Source: Octopus bimaculoides (lineage: Eukaryota). Taken from it: a stretch of 64,000 nt of DNA. Of this stretch, positions 50,161 through 62,385 are shown in pieces. The notes below the pieces were generated by a model. It worked only from the letters and a program-made list of their open reading frames with translations, searched no databases and was not told the origin of the DNA. Made by a program: the position numbers and the translations under genes. Each line of letters starts with the position of its first letter. Position 1 is the stretch's first letter. The stretch lies in assembly GCF_001194135.2 (NCBI RefSeq), contig NC_068988.1:15000369-15064368 (forward strand), given 5' to 3'.

Positions 50161-53100
50161 GATCCTCCTGTATTTTCTATTATCAAAAGCCAGGAACTTT
50201 TCAGTATATAATATCAATATACATACAGATTATTAAGTTGTATTTCAAGAGGCTCATTTGCCAATTATAAACACAAGATACAACAGTATCTGTTGCAAAC
50301 AAATGAGTTTACATCAAGAATCTTGCAAACCAAATACAAAAATGAAACGTATAGATTATAGATAAATGCAAAAGAGAAAACCAGAGAAATAAAGATCTTT
50401 GGAGTATAATAGTTGTTTAGTCACTGGCAAGGCCTGATCATGAATGCCGATTATCAAAAGTATTCCAACACATGGCCATCTTGTCATTTTGAATATCAGG
50501 AACTCTATTGTCTAATATGTCCTTCCTTTCCTTTAAAAAACTGTAGAATTTAATTTGAGGTAGACTCAGCTGCTACTTTCATGCCTGGCTCTCTGTTGGT
50601 TATGACAAGTGTTCCAGTTGATACAATCAACCGAATAGCCTGTGCATGAAATTAATGTGCAAGTGGCTGAGTACTCCACAGGCATGTGCACCCTTAACAT
50701 AGTTCTTAGGGAGATTCAGTGCGACACAGAATGCAACAACAAGGCTGGCCCTTTGAATTACAGGTACAACTCATTTTTGCCAGCTGAGGAGACTGAAGCA
50801 ACGTGAAATAAAGTGTCTTGCTCAAGAACACAGTGCACCAGTAGGAATCAAACTCACAACCTTACAGTTGTGAGCTGAATACCCTAACCACTAAGCCACA
50901 TGCCTTCAATGCTACCTTCAACAGATTAAGTGACTGCATAAAGGAACTAGGGTTGTTAGGCTCTGTCTGTTTGTCTGCCTTAGAGATAAGTGAGCACTTA
51001 GGGCTGATGAGGATGTTTCTGATCAAGTGACCAGTTCACTGTGTGCAGTCCATAAAAAGTGCATTTGATCATAAGGGTTACACGAGAAACTTCCAGAAAG
51101 CTTTGCCCATACTATTTGCAATACCTCACTGAAGTGCTTTTAGTAATACAGTTGGCCAGCAGGTAGTAGATAAATATGACAACAGCATCATCATAAAGAA
51201 AAAGACAATTGAATAATGATTATGTTCCGTTAATGTCAGAAAATTTTATCTTAATGGCAAAATCAAATGAAGGAGGGTCGCATATATGACCTTATTCCGC
51301 GGAAGATCTGAGACCGAGAGAACATAGTTAATTTCGAACTGGGGATCTAGCTTGAATGTTGCAATTGTGTAGACTCTGCTAAAGGCACTTAAGGGCCAGG
51401 TGGTCATGGTAAACCAGATAATTGATTAGGTTTACTGATTGAAGGTGCAAAGTGACATGGCAGAAGTTAGCAGAGATTGGTTGAGCAATGGCAGGTTTAT
51501 GATTCTACTTATGTACTTGATGATCTCCCTAGTGCTGGTGCCATGTACAAAGCACCTGGTACACTTTGTGAAATCATTGGTGTTAGGAAGGGCATCCAAA
51601 TGTAGAAAACAAACCAAAGTAGACATTGGAACTTCATGTAGCCCTCTGGCTTGTCAGTTTCTGTTAAACTGTCCAAACCAAGACTGAAATTTTTCAAGGA
51701 GGTGCCCCAGCATGGCCACAATCTAATGACTGAAACACACAAACGATAAAAGATAACAAACAAATGACTGCAGTATTACCTTATGACAATCACGGCAAAG
51801 AATATTTGTTTTGATCTCTTTATAATCCTGAGGCATTTCAGTATGTTTGACTTCTTCATCTTTCATTTTCCAGATTTGAGACATGTTCGTCATTGATGTA
51901 CCACAGATAGGGCATGCAAAATGGCTGGAAAAAAAAAAAGAAAAAGAAGTTTCACAAAACGTTTGAGCATCATTATTGTTTTAATCTCTACTTTTCCATG
52001 CTTGCAGGAGTCAGACAGAGTTTACTGAGGCATATTTTCTATGGTCGGATACTCTGCCTGTTGTCAACACACATTGGTTTCCAAACAGGGTAATATTTTC
52101 CCATAACCAGACACACCTTTCACAGAAGACTGGAAACAAACAACATCACTAGTTTGAGGGTGACACTTCTCTCTCTCTCTCTATCATCATCATCTTCATC
52201 ATCGTTTATATATATATATATATATATATATAAAGACATAGCAAGAAGTAAAAACTAACTTTAACTCTCCCTGCCATGAAGCATCTTTGCTCCTGTCTAT
52301 TGCTCTTTTTTCTCTTCATTACTGAAACCAACTCCCTCTTTTATCACTGTCATAACTTCTACCACCCATTGATATCCATCACACACTCCTATCTCCTTCT
52401 CTCTTCTCCATCACACTCTCTCACCTGTCACTCTGTCTCTCTACCATTACCCTCTGATTCTCTTACCCCACCTCCCACTCCTTGACTATTTGGATTCAGT
52501 GGACATTGAGTTATTAGCCTGGACTCCAAAATGTTAAGTTCACCCATACTCACTTTACCTAAACGTCCTACCTGGTGCTATGGAGATGGCACCAACCTGG
52601 ACACCAGTTTGCCATTACATCTTCAACAAGAACTGAAGCAATATAGAAGTGACATCCATGACCCTAGTGGACAGCTCCTTGAGCAATTACCTGGTCATTT
52701 ACTACTTCACTTCAGCATGAACTCTACCTTGCATAGATTTGAACCAGTAGTGTAATAGCATATTCACTCAGTCATTCTATCCTGACATCACATTGAAGCA
52801 TACACATTATAGACTACATTCAGGGAAATGTTGCCGTTAAGCAATCAATCTGGCTGTGATTTACTTGTGATAGCCTTTACTTTGAACTTCACAAATGGCC
52901 ATCCTCTCTGCTAGAAGTAGCAGCCAAATTCCCCTCAAACTTACCTTTATCATTTAAAAAAATGCAAGGACACATTGAATGATGTAGCCCTGAATACACA
53001 TTGTCCAACATCAAGAAGAGCATCCAGGCATAAGCCTTAAGCTGATAGTGGAGTGCTCAACCACATGCAGAGTGTTCCACTGATCGCATCAACTGGAACA

Positions 53101-54753
53101 CTCATTGTTGTAGCAAAAGGAGTGCCCAGCTTTTGATGCATACTGAGCAAAGCCAACTTCTCAGATGGCAGAGTTCTGTCTTCTTTTTTTACAAATTAAT
53201 ATTTTGCTAGCTTTAATTTGAGGCCTCTTACATCCACGTTATATTTCCAAGCTCAAAATTTCTTCTTTCATAGATTTAGTTATGAAAACTAGATCATAAG
53301 TATTCAAGACCTCCACACATACACAGGCTATCAGTTTAAAAGCAAAATACAAATAAAACACATACATACCCATATTGAAAAAGTTTTTTAAAACACTCCC
53401 TATGAAAGAAAAAAAAGAAAGATTATATAGATAAATTGTTTATGAAGTAGTGAATAAATGTATTTTTCAATATTTTGTTAACATATAGAATTTATAAACA
53501 TTTTATAATAGTTGCAGCATGGAAGGTGTTTAAAAACACACAAGCCATTTAAAAACACACAAAACCTGTTAGATTTACTTCAACATTTAAATTTAATTTC
53601 TCAAAATATTTTCGTCACTTTGAGACTGTGACCTGTTCACTGACTAAATTCCATGCAGTATGGAATTTTATCAGTGAACAGGTCGCGGTCTCAAAGCGAC
53701 AAAAATATTTGGACAAATGAAATTTAAATGTTGAAGTGAATCTAATGGTTTTTGTGTGTTTTTAAATGGCTTTATAAACATCTTCCACGCTGCAATTTTT
53801 TTTGTTTCAGCACACGCTCTCAGATCAGGTCACTTGCTATGCAAGTTCATCTCCATAATTATAATAGTTGGTTGTAGGAATACAAACCTATGATGCTAAG
53901 GAATTAAAAGATAGTGAAAAGATGCACTGTCATCGGCCACTTCAGCGATTTTGATTTTGATTTCACTTGCATCAATAGGTCTTTGCAAGCAAAGTTCATT
54001 GTCCAATGAATGAGGGATATGAATGAGGGGTCAGAAATGTCAGAAGCAAAAGTTTTCTCCAACTTACTCGTGAATCATATGCCGACACTTAGGGATCCTT
54101 GAAGGTTTTCTGGAAGTATGCAGATTCTGAAGACAAACTGGGCATTCATTGTGAGATATTTTTTCTAAACACTAAAAAAAAAAAGAAAGAAAGAAAAAAA
54201 GATGAACTATTTAAGATTTTCTTCACATAAAGAAATAGAAACTTTATTTCACTTTCATTTTTATTTTGTCATCATTCTATTCTGCAATTTGAAGAAGTTA
54301 ACAATAAGCTATATCGAAGCGAAGTTCTTTTATGACAATGATGTACAGAAAGCGAGAAGGAAATATAAATTATCTAATATATGAAATAGACATGTGTGTG
54401 TGTATTCACTTTCCACGTAAAAACGGCTTCACCAATTACTTCCATACTTGTGATGCATGAATAATTTGACCTTGGACATATAATAGGGTCTTTATATTTA
54501 TGATTCACTTCTTTAAAAAGGTTTCCTCAATGTCAACTTCCAGTATTGACGTAAAAATGGCAAAGTCTCTCACTCTCTATTTTAATGTTTGATATTTGTA
54601 AACAACTACAATTAATTACTGAAAGAAATATTTACGAAGTTCACAAACTTAAATATTCGGTACAAGATAATTTTTAACGTGCTTTTATTTATACGATTTT
54701 TTTTTCATTTGATGTTTATCTCATTCATTATTTGCAATGTTCTCTCTCTCTCA

Positions 54754-54808
<55 letters not shown>

Positions 54809-55522
54809 GGTTTGATTTTGTTCTGAACTCACACATTGCATTAATTTCCATAAAAAACTTTTATCTATTTTCTTTTCACACGTCGTGTTCAGCTCTATGT
54901 ATTTGTAGTCAGTCACACACGCACACGTGTGTGTTTCTATGTACATTTGTATACATTTATGTGTGTGTATGTGTTCTTCTCAAGAAATGATTAAATCTTT
55001 TTTTTAGTACAGAGAAATCAATAAACTTAGCCTCCAAAGACTTAAATGTTAGAAAAGCAAGTAATTTCAAGAAAAACTACCAAGTAAAAATTGCAGAGAA
55101 AATTAATTTTTAACAAAAGATTATTCACCTCGTGCGTGTCTTTCATAGACAACAAAAGGCACACATCACATTTTTCACAATGAAAATAGTTTTCTCGTCC
55201 ACCAACCCTATAACACAAAAATAGAAAAATAAATTAAATAAATAATTTTTATGCAAATTTAATAACACATTTTATTCTTGTTTCTTAAAAAAGTGATTAA
55301 ATTTTTTTTAGTGCAGAAAAATCAATAAACTTAGGTTCCAAAAAGTTAAGGCACTGGCATGGCTATGAGGTAAGAAGTTTGCTTCTCAACCATATGATTC
55401 TGGGTTCAGTCTCACTATGTGGCATCTTGGGCTTGAGGAAGTGTTGTCTACTATAGCATCAGGTTGATCAAAGCCTTGTGAGTGGATTTGGTTGATGGAA
55501 ACTGAAAAAAGCCCATCATATA

Positions 55523-55560
<38 letters not shown>

Positions 55561-58500
55561 CATATATATATATTTATTTATTGGGTTGGCAACTAAGTTC
55601 CCAACGTTTTTTTTAATTTTGGAATTTATTTTTTTTGAGAATTCTATTTTTGAATCATTTTGGAATCTATTTTGTATTTTTCTAGTTAATTTTAGTTAAT
55701 GTTTATTTATTTTCAGATCATTAAAATGGAATGTCAAGTTAAGAAAAATGAGCATTTTCGACACCTCCTTCTTTTTGTTTTTAATCAAGGTTCTAAGGCC
55801 GCAAAAGCTGCTCGTGGCATTTATGCTGTGTATGGAGACGGTGCCATAGCTGAAAGAACTGCTCGTGATTGGTATGCCAAGTTCAAAAGTGGAAATTTTG
55901 ACCCCAAAGTCGCACCTCGTACTGGCCGTCCAGTTAAGTTCGATGAAGAGCGATTAAACCAACTTTTACACGAAAATTCTCGTCAAACATCAAAGGAACT
56001 GACAGAGAAAATGGAATGCTCCCACGCTGCTATAGAGAAGCATCTTCACTCGATGGGAAAGGTTCAGAAGTATGGAACTTGGATTCCGCATGCTTTAAGT
56101 GACAACAACAAAAATCAACGAGCCACAATCTCCGCTGGTTTGCTTGCTCCTCACCACTCAACTCATGGACACAAGCAACGATATCTTTACTGAATCGTTA
56201 CTGGTGACGAAAAATGGTGCCTGTGCATCAATATGAAGCAGCGTAAGGAATGGCTTAGCCCCAGTAAACAAGAGGCACCACGCGTGAAACAAGATCTTCA
56301 TCCATGTAAAATGATGTGAGTGTGGTGGGACTGGGAAAGGATTATCCATTATGTATTGCTTGAACGAAACCAAACGGTCAACGCGGAACTCTATGTTCAA
56401 CAGATGGAATGACTCAACATGGCTATTCAAGAGAAAAGACCTAATCGGCAACATGGAGTTCTTCTGCTGCACAACAACGCCCGCCCTCATATAGCCAATA
56501 TGACCATCTGCTTTAACATTGTTTCTATGGCAGAATGCCCTTCCTGATATCAATGACTAATATCATAATCAGTTTTTTTAATTGGTGTAAGAGACAACTC
56601 CAAATATGTTTTGGTTAAATAATTATTGTAACCTCATCAACAGAGCAAACACTTCACTATAGGTGCAGGCACGGCTGTGTGGTAAGACGCTTGCTTCATA
56701 ACCACATGATTCTGGGTTTAGTCTCATTGTGTGGCACCTTGGGCCAACCAAAGATTTGTGAGTGAATTTGGTAGGTGGAAACTAGAGGAAGCCTGTCATA
56801 TATATATCTGTGTGTTTTTGCATCTGTTCCCCACCACTGATTGACAGCTGGTGTTGATGTTTACATCCTCATAACTTAGTGATTCGACAGAAAGGACCAA
56901 TAGAAAAAAAATGAAGAATTGGTGTTGATTCAGAATGGCCACAATCTAATGACTGAAGTAAGTCAAAGATAAAAGATACTTTCCAAAGTAGTGGAAGAGA
57001 CTCAGTAAAGACTGAACACTAATTGGCATAGCAATACAGAATTGTACAAAACAATTCTAGGAAAATTTCAACAATGAGGTTTCATATACAGGACCACCAA
57101 AAGTCAATTTCAACTAAATGATTTAACTTAACTTAGATAATTGGGCAAGAAAGACAAAGAGAAATGATTTTATGACACAGTTCTATATTTAAGAGATGAG
57201 GAATTATGTACATTATTTACATTATTTACATTTGAAGGATATTTGTCCTCATCTTGTTTGTTGTTAACACAACATTTCGGCTGATATACCCTCTAGCCTT
57301 CATCAGATGTCTTGGGAAAATTTCGAACCTGGGTTCTCATTCCTAAGGTATTTTTCATCGTCGTCGTCATCGTCGTTATTGTTATTATTATTATTATCAT
57401 TATTCAGGTCACTGCCTGGAATCGAACTCGGAATCTTGGGGTTAGTAGGCCACGCTCTTAACTACTATGCCATATGCCCATGACCTGAATAATAACAACA
57501 ACAACATCAAAAAATACCTTAGGAATGAGAAGCCAGGTTTGAAATTTCCTCCAAGACACCTGATGAAGGCTGGAGGGTATATCAGCCGAAACGTTGTGTT
57601 AGCAACAAACAAGATGAGGACAAATATCAGTCAAATGTAAACAATGTAAATAATGATTTTATGACTTTCTAAAAAAAAAATTTTCATCTCACCGACAGAG
57701 TCTGCAACCATCACAGTGAAATTGTTTTAGGTCATTGCTATCATAAAGTCGACACTTGGCACAGAAGTACTGTGCAAACTTGATGTCACAATTTGAACAA
57801 CGGTCACTGACCTGAGAGAAATGGTGCAAAAAGAAAAAAAAATATTAAAAATAACAAAGTAATGTGTGTATTTATGTGTGTAATGTAATACTTTCTAATA
57901 TAAGTGCAAAGCCTGAAATTTTTGTGAGGATGATGGGACTAGTCAATTACACTGACCCCAGTGTTCAACTGGTACTTAATTAATCAACCCTTGAAAGGGA
58001 TGAAAGGCAAAGTCAGCCTCAGCAGAGTTTGAACTCAGAACATAAAGAAAACCAGAAGAAATACCACTGAGCATTTTGTCCATGGTGCTCATAATTCTCC
58101 AGCTCACCACCTCAAGTGCGTATTAAATAATGCATGCATACATACACATACATATAACACACACACACACAATATATATACATCATCATTATCATCATCA
58201 TCGTTTAACGTCCGCTTTCCATGCTAGCATGGGTTGGACGATTTGACTGAGGACTGGTGAACCAGATGGCTACACCAGGCTCCAGTTTGATTTGGCAGAA
58301 TTTCTACAGCTGGATGTCCTTCCTAATGCCAACCACTCCGAGAGTGTAGTGGGTGCTTTTACGTGCCACTGGTATGAAGGCCAGTCAGGCGGTACTGGCA
58401 ACGGCCACACTCAAAATGGTGTATTTTACGTGCCACCTGCACAGGAGCCAGTCCTGTGGCACTGGCAACGATCTCGCTCGAATGTCTTTACACGTGCCAA

Positions 58501-60470
58501 GAAGGCGACGCTGGGCCCAGGTGACATCACAATTTCGCTTTCGCTTGCCCCAATAGGTCTTCGCAAGCTGAGTTTCATGTCCAATGAAGGAGACGACGTT
58601 TGTATGGGTGCCAGTCGTCGAATTTAGTTCAATTTCAATTTCACTTGCCTCAATAGGTCTTCACAAGCGGAGTTTAGTGTCATACACATGTATAATTTGA
58701 GAAATCCAATTAAAGGAGCTTTCCAGTTGCTGTCACAGATTTGGAAATTTTAAGAATTAAATGAAATTTTAGAATTTGTTCTCTTGATGTAACTTTTCAA
58801 GCCAAATCCGAATTTGGTATTCATTCATTCTCAGAAAAATTTAGGTAAAAATGTTCAAAGTTTGATAACTTTTAATTCAATTAGAAAATAAGAATCAGAA
58901 ACTGCTCATTTTCTGTGTGATAACTGTCTATCACAAAATGACAGGGAGAAAAAAACAACAGGTACAAAATTATATTGCTCAACAAAATATGTGATGGTGG
59001 TGGTGGTTGCTGTGGTAAAAGCGTCACCATTGTGCTAAGTAAAACACATTCTTATAACAATGAAAACGGGGAAGATTACAGCATTGCTTGTTACTTGTGT
59101 ATAAAGGTGGCTTTTGATAAGTTAAAAATCATCCAAAATTTACAAACTATAAAAAACTACTAATTTATTATTAATTAATGGCAAAGATGAATTTCATGTT
59201 CATAATTAGCATACAAAACTAAATCAGTATAACCAAATTTTAAAACAACAGCAACAAAATCGAAAAAATACAAAATCTGTGACAGCAATCAAACAAATCT
59301 AATTTAAAATACCTGGGTCAAAATTGGAATAAAAGAAAAAAAATTTTAAACCTTCCAATAATATAACCTGTGAAACACTAAATGATCATTTCCATCCCTT
59401 AACCCTTTAGCATTTAAACCAGCTATGTCCGGCCCTTATATTCTAATTGTTTCATGCTTAAATCAACCAGATTTGGCCTCTCACACCTACCCTACAATGT
59501 CATTCTAAAAATAAACAATCACTTCATCGAAATCTTGAAGCTATGAGATAATGCATGATTAATTCAAACCAATGTGAATAAATAAGCATTAGATGTGAAT
59601 GCTAAAGGGTTAAAGAACACACAGAAGGCAGATAGAAATACAAATGAGAAGATACAGATGTTAAAGTAGGGGGGTATCTGTAGTGCAAACCATTTTAAAA
59701 CTGAACATAGGCTGTCAATTAGCCATCATTAGATCAGTGGTTCTCAACCAGAGTCCATATGGCCCCGATGGGGTTCCCTATAAGATTCTGTTGATAAAAT
59801 TTATCTGTACTAAACTTGTTATACTTCTACAATTCATAAAATATAGGAATCAAAGGAATCCATAGGTAAAAAATGGTTGAGAACACTGCATTCATCATCA
59901 TCATCGTTTAACGTCCGCTTTCCATGCTAGCATGGGTTGGACGATTTGACTAAGGACTGGCAAGCCAGAAGGCTGCACCAGGCTCCAATCTGATTTGGCA
60001 GAGTTTCTACAGCTGGATGCCCTTCCTAACGATAACCACTCCGAGAGTGTAGTGGGTGCTTTTATGTGCCACACTGCATTAGACCATTGTACAAAATTTT
60101 TTGAATGCGATTAATGCGTACAGGACATGTGGGAGTATTGGTTAGAGAAACTGATATGTTTTCTATTAAAAATAATTCAATATGGAAAGGCAAACACATT
60201 ATAAGAATTCTCATTGATGATAATGTGTGTTAAGAGTGACAGTCAAAACAGTCTAGGACTCTGCTACACAAAATGCATTGTTTCACTCATATTTCTTAAG
60301 AGTCAGTTTTCATCTCTCAGTGATTAATAAAATAATTGTCAGTTATATATTAGGGTAGATTCAGTTGATTATAGTTGTCTACACAAATCAGCCTTGTCCC
60401 CAGTTTAAAAGAATCTACAGTAATCATTTTAGTTTTGTTGGAACTATAACAAAGTGCAAGGGACATAATT

Positions 60471-60506
<36 letters not shown>

Positions 60507-61727
60507 TTTCTACTCTAGGAAACAATGCCCGAAATTTTTGGGGAGGGGGTCAGGCAATTAGATCGATCCCAGTACACAACTGGTACTTCATTTACCGACC
60601 TAAACGGATGAAAGGCAAAGTCCATCCTAGGATTATTGTTATTATTATATACAGGGTGCGATGGGTAAATTGTCGCCATTTTATATTTTTAATTTCACGC
60701 ATGCACATGGTTTGTTTTTGATTTTGTCGACTACACAGTATAGTAGGGTCAGTTGGGCATAGTCTGAGAAAAACAGCACCATGACGCAATTCACTCTGCC
60801 AGAAATTTGGAAACGACATGCTGTACTGCTTGCCATTCGCACTGTAAGCTCCAATATGAACATTTACCAATTGTGATAAAGATCAAACATCCAGTCAACA
60901 TCATGGTTAAGTCAATTGGTGCAAGAAGAAATGATTTGCTACACAAATATATTAATGTAAAAACCCAAATTAATTTTTAAAGTATCAGAGTTACATATTC
61001 TCACTGAATAAAACAAAGTGTATTTAACCTTTCTCATAAAAACCTACCTCAGACTGACTCTGATTCTATGCTACAGAATTACTATTTTAACCTTTTCGTT
61101 ACCATATTTCTGTCGAGATGCTCTGTGTTTCTTTCAATTAATTTTAAATATAACAAAGAATTTAATAAAATAACTTAGTTATCATTTAGCTAGTGTTAGG
61201 AACATAAATTGTGACTAAGGTTTGGTGGAAGATTTTAATTCAGAACTTTTGAAAACAAGACATTTGTACCATGGAGTCAGAGGCAGTTTAAGGCGGGTTG
61301 GTATCAAAAGGGTTAAAGTAACGTCCTAGCAGAGGCATTTGTCATAATACTGGATTCTTGATCTACCCTTAGGTCTCCTGCTGGTTGCTTGTCTAGAAGA
61401 ATCTGTCGTGAGTTTTTCCTGCAACATTCTAGTCACGAGTCCATAGTACTGGAGCTGTAACCACTCAACGTGGAGAAGTAGTGGCTCAACCTGGAGACAC
61501 CTTGATTGCCAAGCTACACACCTTGTAACACTTTAAAGGTTGTAATACTAAGTAACTGAGCAAATAGCTGACATAAAAACGAGAAAATTAAAAACAACTA
61601 AACTTACGGGCTGTTTTGTTGAGCATTTGTTACACACTATTTTCTCAACTGTGGTCCGATCTAAAGTGTGATCTTCGACATCATCATGGCATACCCGGCA
61701 TACATACACCTTGTTGCAGCAAGGTGC
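49386..61727 (-). CDS. RCHY1: RING finger and CHY zinc finger protein 1 (Pirh2), 5'-incomplete. join(61727-61608,57811-57693,55207-55129,54171-54068,53399-53370,51924-51780,49457-49386)
   Basis: In-frame GT-AG exons: CHY (APCCNKVYVCRVCHD), CTCHY, RING-H2 (CPVC..CRHMIHEEC..CPIC) and C-terminal zinc ribbon (ILCRDC..LKCPDCGSYNT). Exon 1 not found; it is presumably right of the window. Confidence 0.95.
50015..50158. repeat. (GA)n microsatellite spanning an assembly gap
   Basis: GA runs on both sides of N run 50058-50123. Confidence 0.9.
50590..50908 (-). mobile_element. SINE sharing the family B 3' body, different head
   Basis: GAAATTAATGTGCAAGTGGCTGAG..CCCTTTGAATTACAGG block shared with family B. 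Confidence 0.65.
51780..51924 (-). CDS. RCHY1: RCHY1 exon 7
   Basis: HFACPICGTSMTNMSQIWKMKDEEVKHTEMPQDYKEIKTNILCRDCHK. Confidence 0.94.
53370..53399 (-). CDS. RCHY1: RCHY1 exon 6 (30-nt microexon)
   Basis: ECFKKLFQY; long pyrimidine tract + tag acceptor, GTATGT donor; phase 2/2; supplies a RING Cys. Confidence 0.85.
53512..53795. repeat. Foldback palindrome, ~140-bp arms
   Basis: Arms pair along their length around a ~5-nt loop near 53655; differences are mostly transitions plus one indel. Confidence 0.88.
54068..54171 (-). CDS. RCHY1: RCHY1 exon 5
   Basis: CLEKISHNECPVCLQNLHTSRKPSRIPKCRHMIH. Confidence 0.93.
55129..55207 (-). CDS. RCHY1: RCHY1 exon 4
   Basis: VGGRENYFHCEKCDVCLLLSMKDTHE. 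Confidence 0.93.
55579..56505 (+). pseudogene. Mariner transposon (mellifera-subfamily-like), 3'-truncated, defective transposase
   Basis: TA+TTGGGTTGGCAACTAAGT TIR; ATG 55726 MECQVKKNEHFRHLLLF..WIPHAL..*IVTGDEKW..HNNARPH; in-frame stops; second catalytic Asp reads Asn. Confidence 0.92.
57204..57480 (-). mobile_element. tRNA-headed hammerhead-bearing element (full copy; core variant GAAAUGUU at 57266-57311)
   Basis: Same organisation as 645-889; B box GTTCGATTC. Confidence 0.75.
57481..57655 (+). mobile_element. Headless inverted copy of the hammerhead-bearing element
   Basis: Starts at TGACCTGAAT (just after the B box); reverse complement of 57204-57411. Confidence 0.75.
57555..57600 (+). 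ncRNA. Minimal type I hammerhead ribozyme motif, intact core
   Basis: GACAC-CUGAUGA-A-GGCUG[GAGGGUAUAU]CAGCC-GAAA-CGUU-GUGUU; 5-bp stem I, 5-bp stem II, palindromic AACGUU stem III. Confidence 0.75.
57693..57811 (-). CDS. RCHY1: RCHY1 exon 3
   Basis: VSDRCSNCDIKFAQYFCAKCRLYDSNDLKQFHCDGCRLC. Confidence 0.94.
58185..58680 (-). mobile_element. RTE 3' UTR copy (long)
   Basis: Reverse complement of the 7003-7272 family with extra upstream UTR. Confidence 0.8.
59399..59613. mobile_element. piggyBac-like MITE (same family as 34365-34811, opposite orientation)
   Basis: TTAA-CCCTTTAGC...GCTAAAGGG-TTAA. Confidence 0.8.
59735..59888. mobile_element. hAT-type MITE
   Basis: TIRs CAGTGGTTCTCAACC / GGTTGAGAACACTG; 8-bp TSD CATTAGAT/CATTAGAC (right copy displaced by the RTE insertion). 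Confidence 0.8.
59893..60070 (-). mobile_element. 5'-truncated RTE tail with 10-bp TSD
   Basis: TSD ACACTGCATT at 59883-59892 and 60071-60080. Confidence 0.85.
60650..60870 (+). mobile_element. Tc1/mariner 5' end fragment
   Basis: TA+CAGGGTGCGATGGGTAAATTG TIR-like start; MTQFTLPEIWKRHAVLLAIR ORF start at 60781. Confidence 0.6.
61087..61316. mobile_element. piggyBac-like MITE, second family
   Basis: TTAA-CCTTTT...AAAAGGG-TTAA; related copies near 1960-2150 and 38030-38532. Confidence 0.7.
61330..61510 (-). mobile_element. Rex3/Expander-like RTE ORF remnant
   Basis: LQVEPLLLHVEWLQLQYYGLVTRMLQEKL..RRPKGRSRIQY. Confidence 0.65.
61608..61727 (-). CDS. RCHY1: RCHY1 exon 2 (presumed numbering)
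   Basis: APCCNKVYVCRVCHDDVEDHTLDRTTVEKIVCNKCSTKQP. Confidence 0.94.
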
Positions 61728-62337
61728 CTGCATTAGAAAAAGAAAAAAAAACAACAATGAGAGAGAGAAGTAATTGAAATATATATTAATTTCATCATCT
61801 GACACAAGATCACCGCTGCCAATGCCCCCTCCCCTCTCAATATTCCTTGTTTTGCAAGTTACTTTGTGACCCTGCTGGTGATGGTGCTACATATAATGCA
61901 TCCAGTCCACTGTCAAGTGGTTGGCATTTTGAAGGGCATCCAGCTGTAAAAACCATGCCAAAACTGACCTCACCTGAGCTGGTGTGACGTAAAAACCACT
62001 CAGTCCACTCTGCAGGGTGGTTGGTGTTAGAAGGTTATCCAGTCATAAAAACCATGCAAAAACAGACACAGTAACCTGGTATAGTCTTCTACTTGGCCAG
62101 CTCCTGTCAAACCGTCTAACCCATGCCAGCATAGAAGATGGACAGTAAATGCTGGTGATGGTGAATTATTATTATTATTATTATCATGGTGATGGTGGTG
62201 GTGGTGTGTGTGTGTGTGTGTGTGTTTACTTGTGCTTCTACTGCCACTGAGCTACCAGCAGTGCTGAAGTTGTCAGCTAATCATTTGCAAGCTGTGGGCC
62301 TTCAAACACTTGTGAAATATGCAAGCATGCATGTGTT

Positions 62338-62385
<48 letters not shown>

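Noticed and set aside
52531-52755. 74-aa ORF in an RCHY1 intron, opposite strand
   Set aside because: No homology signal, no splice support; length expected by chance.
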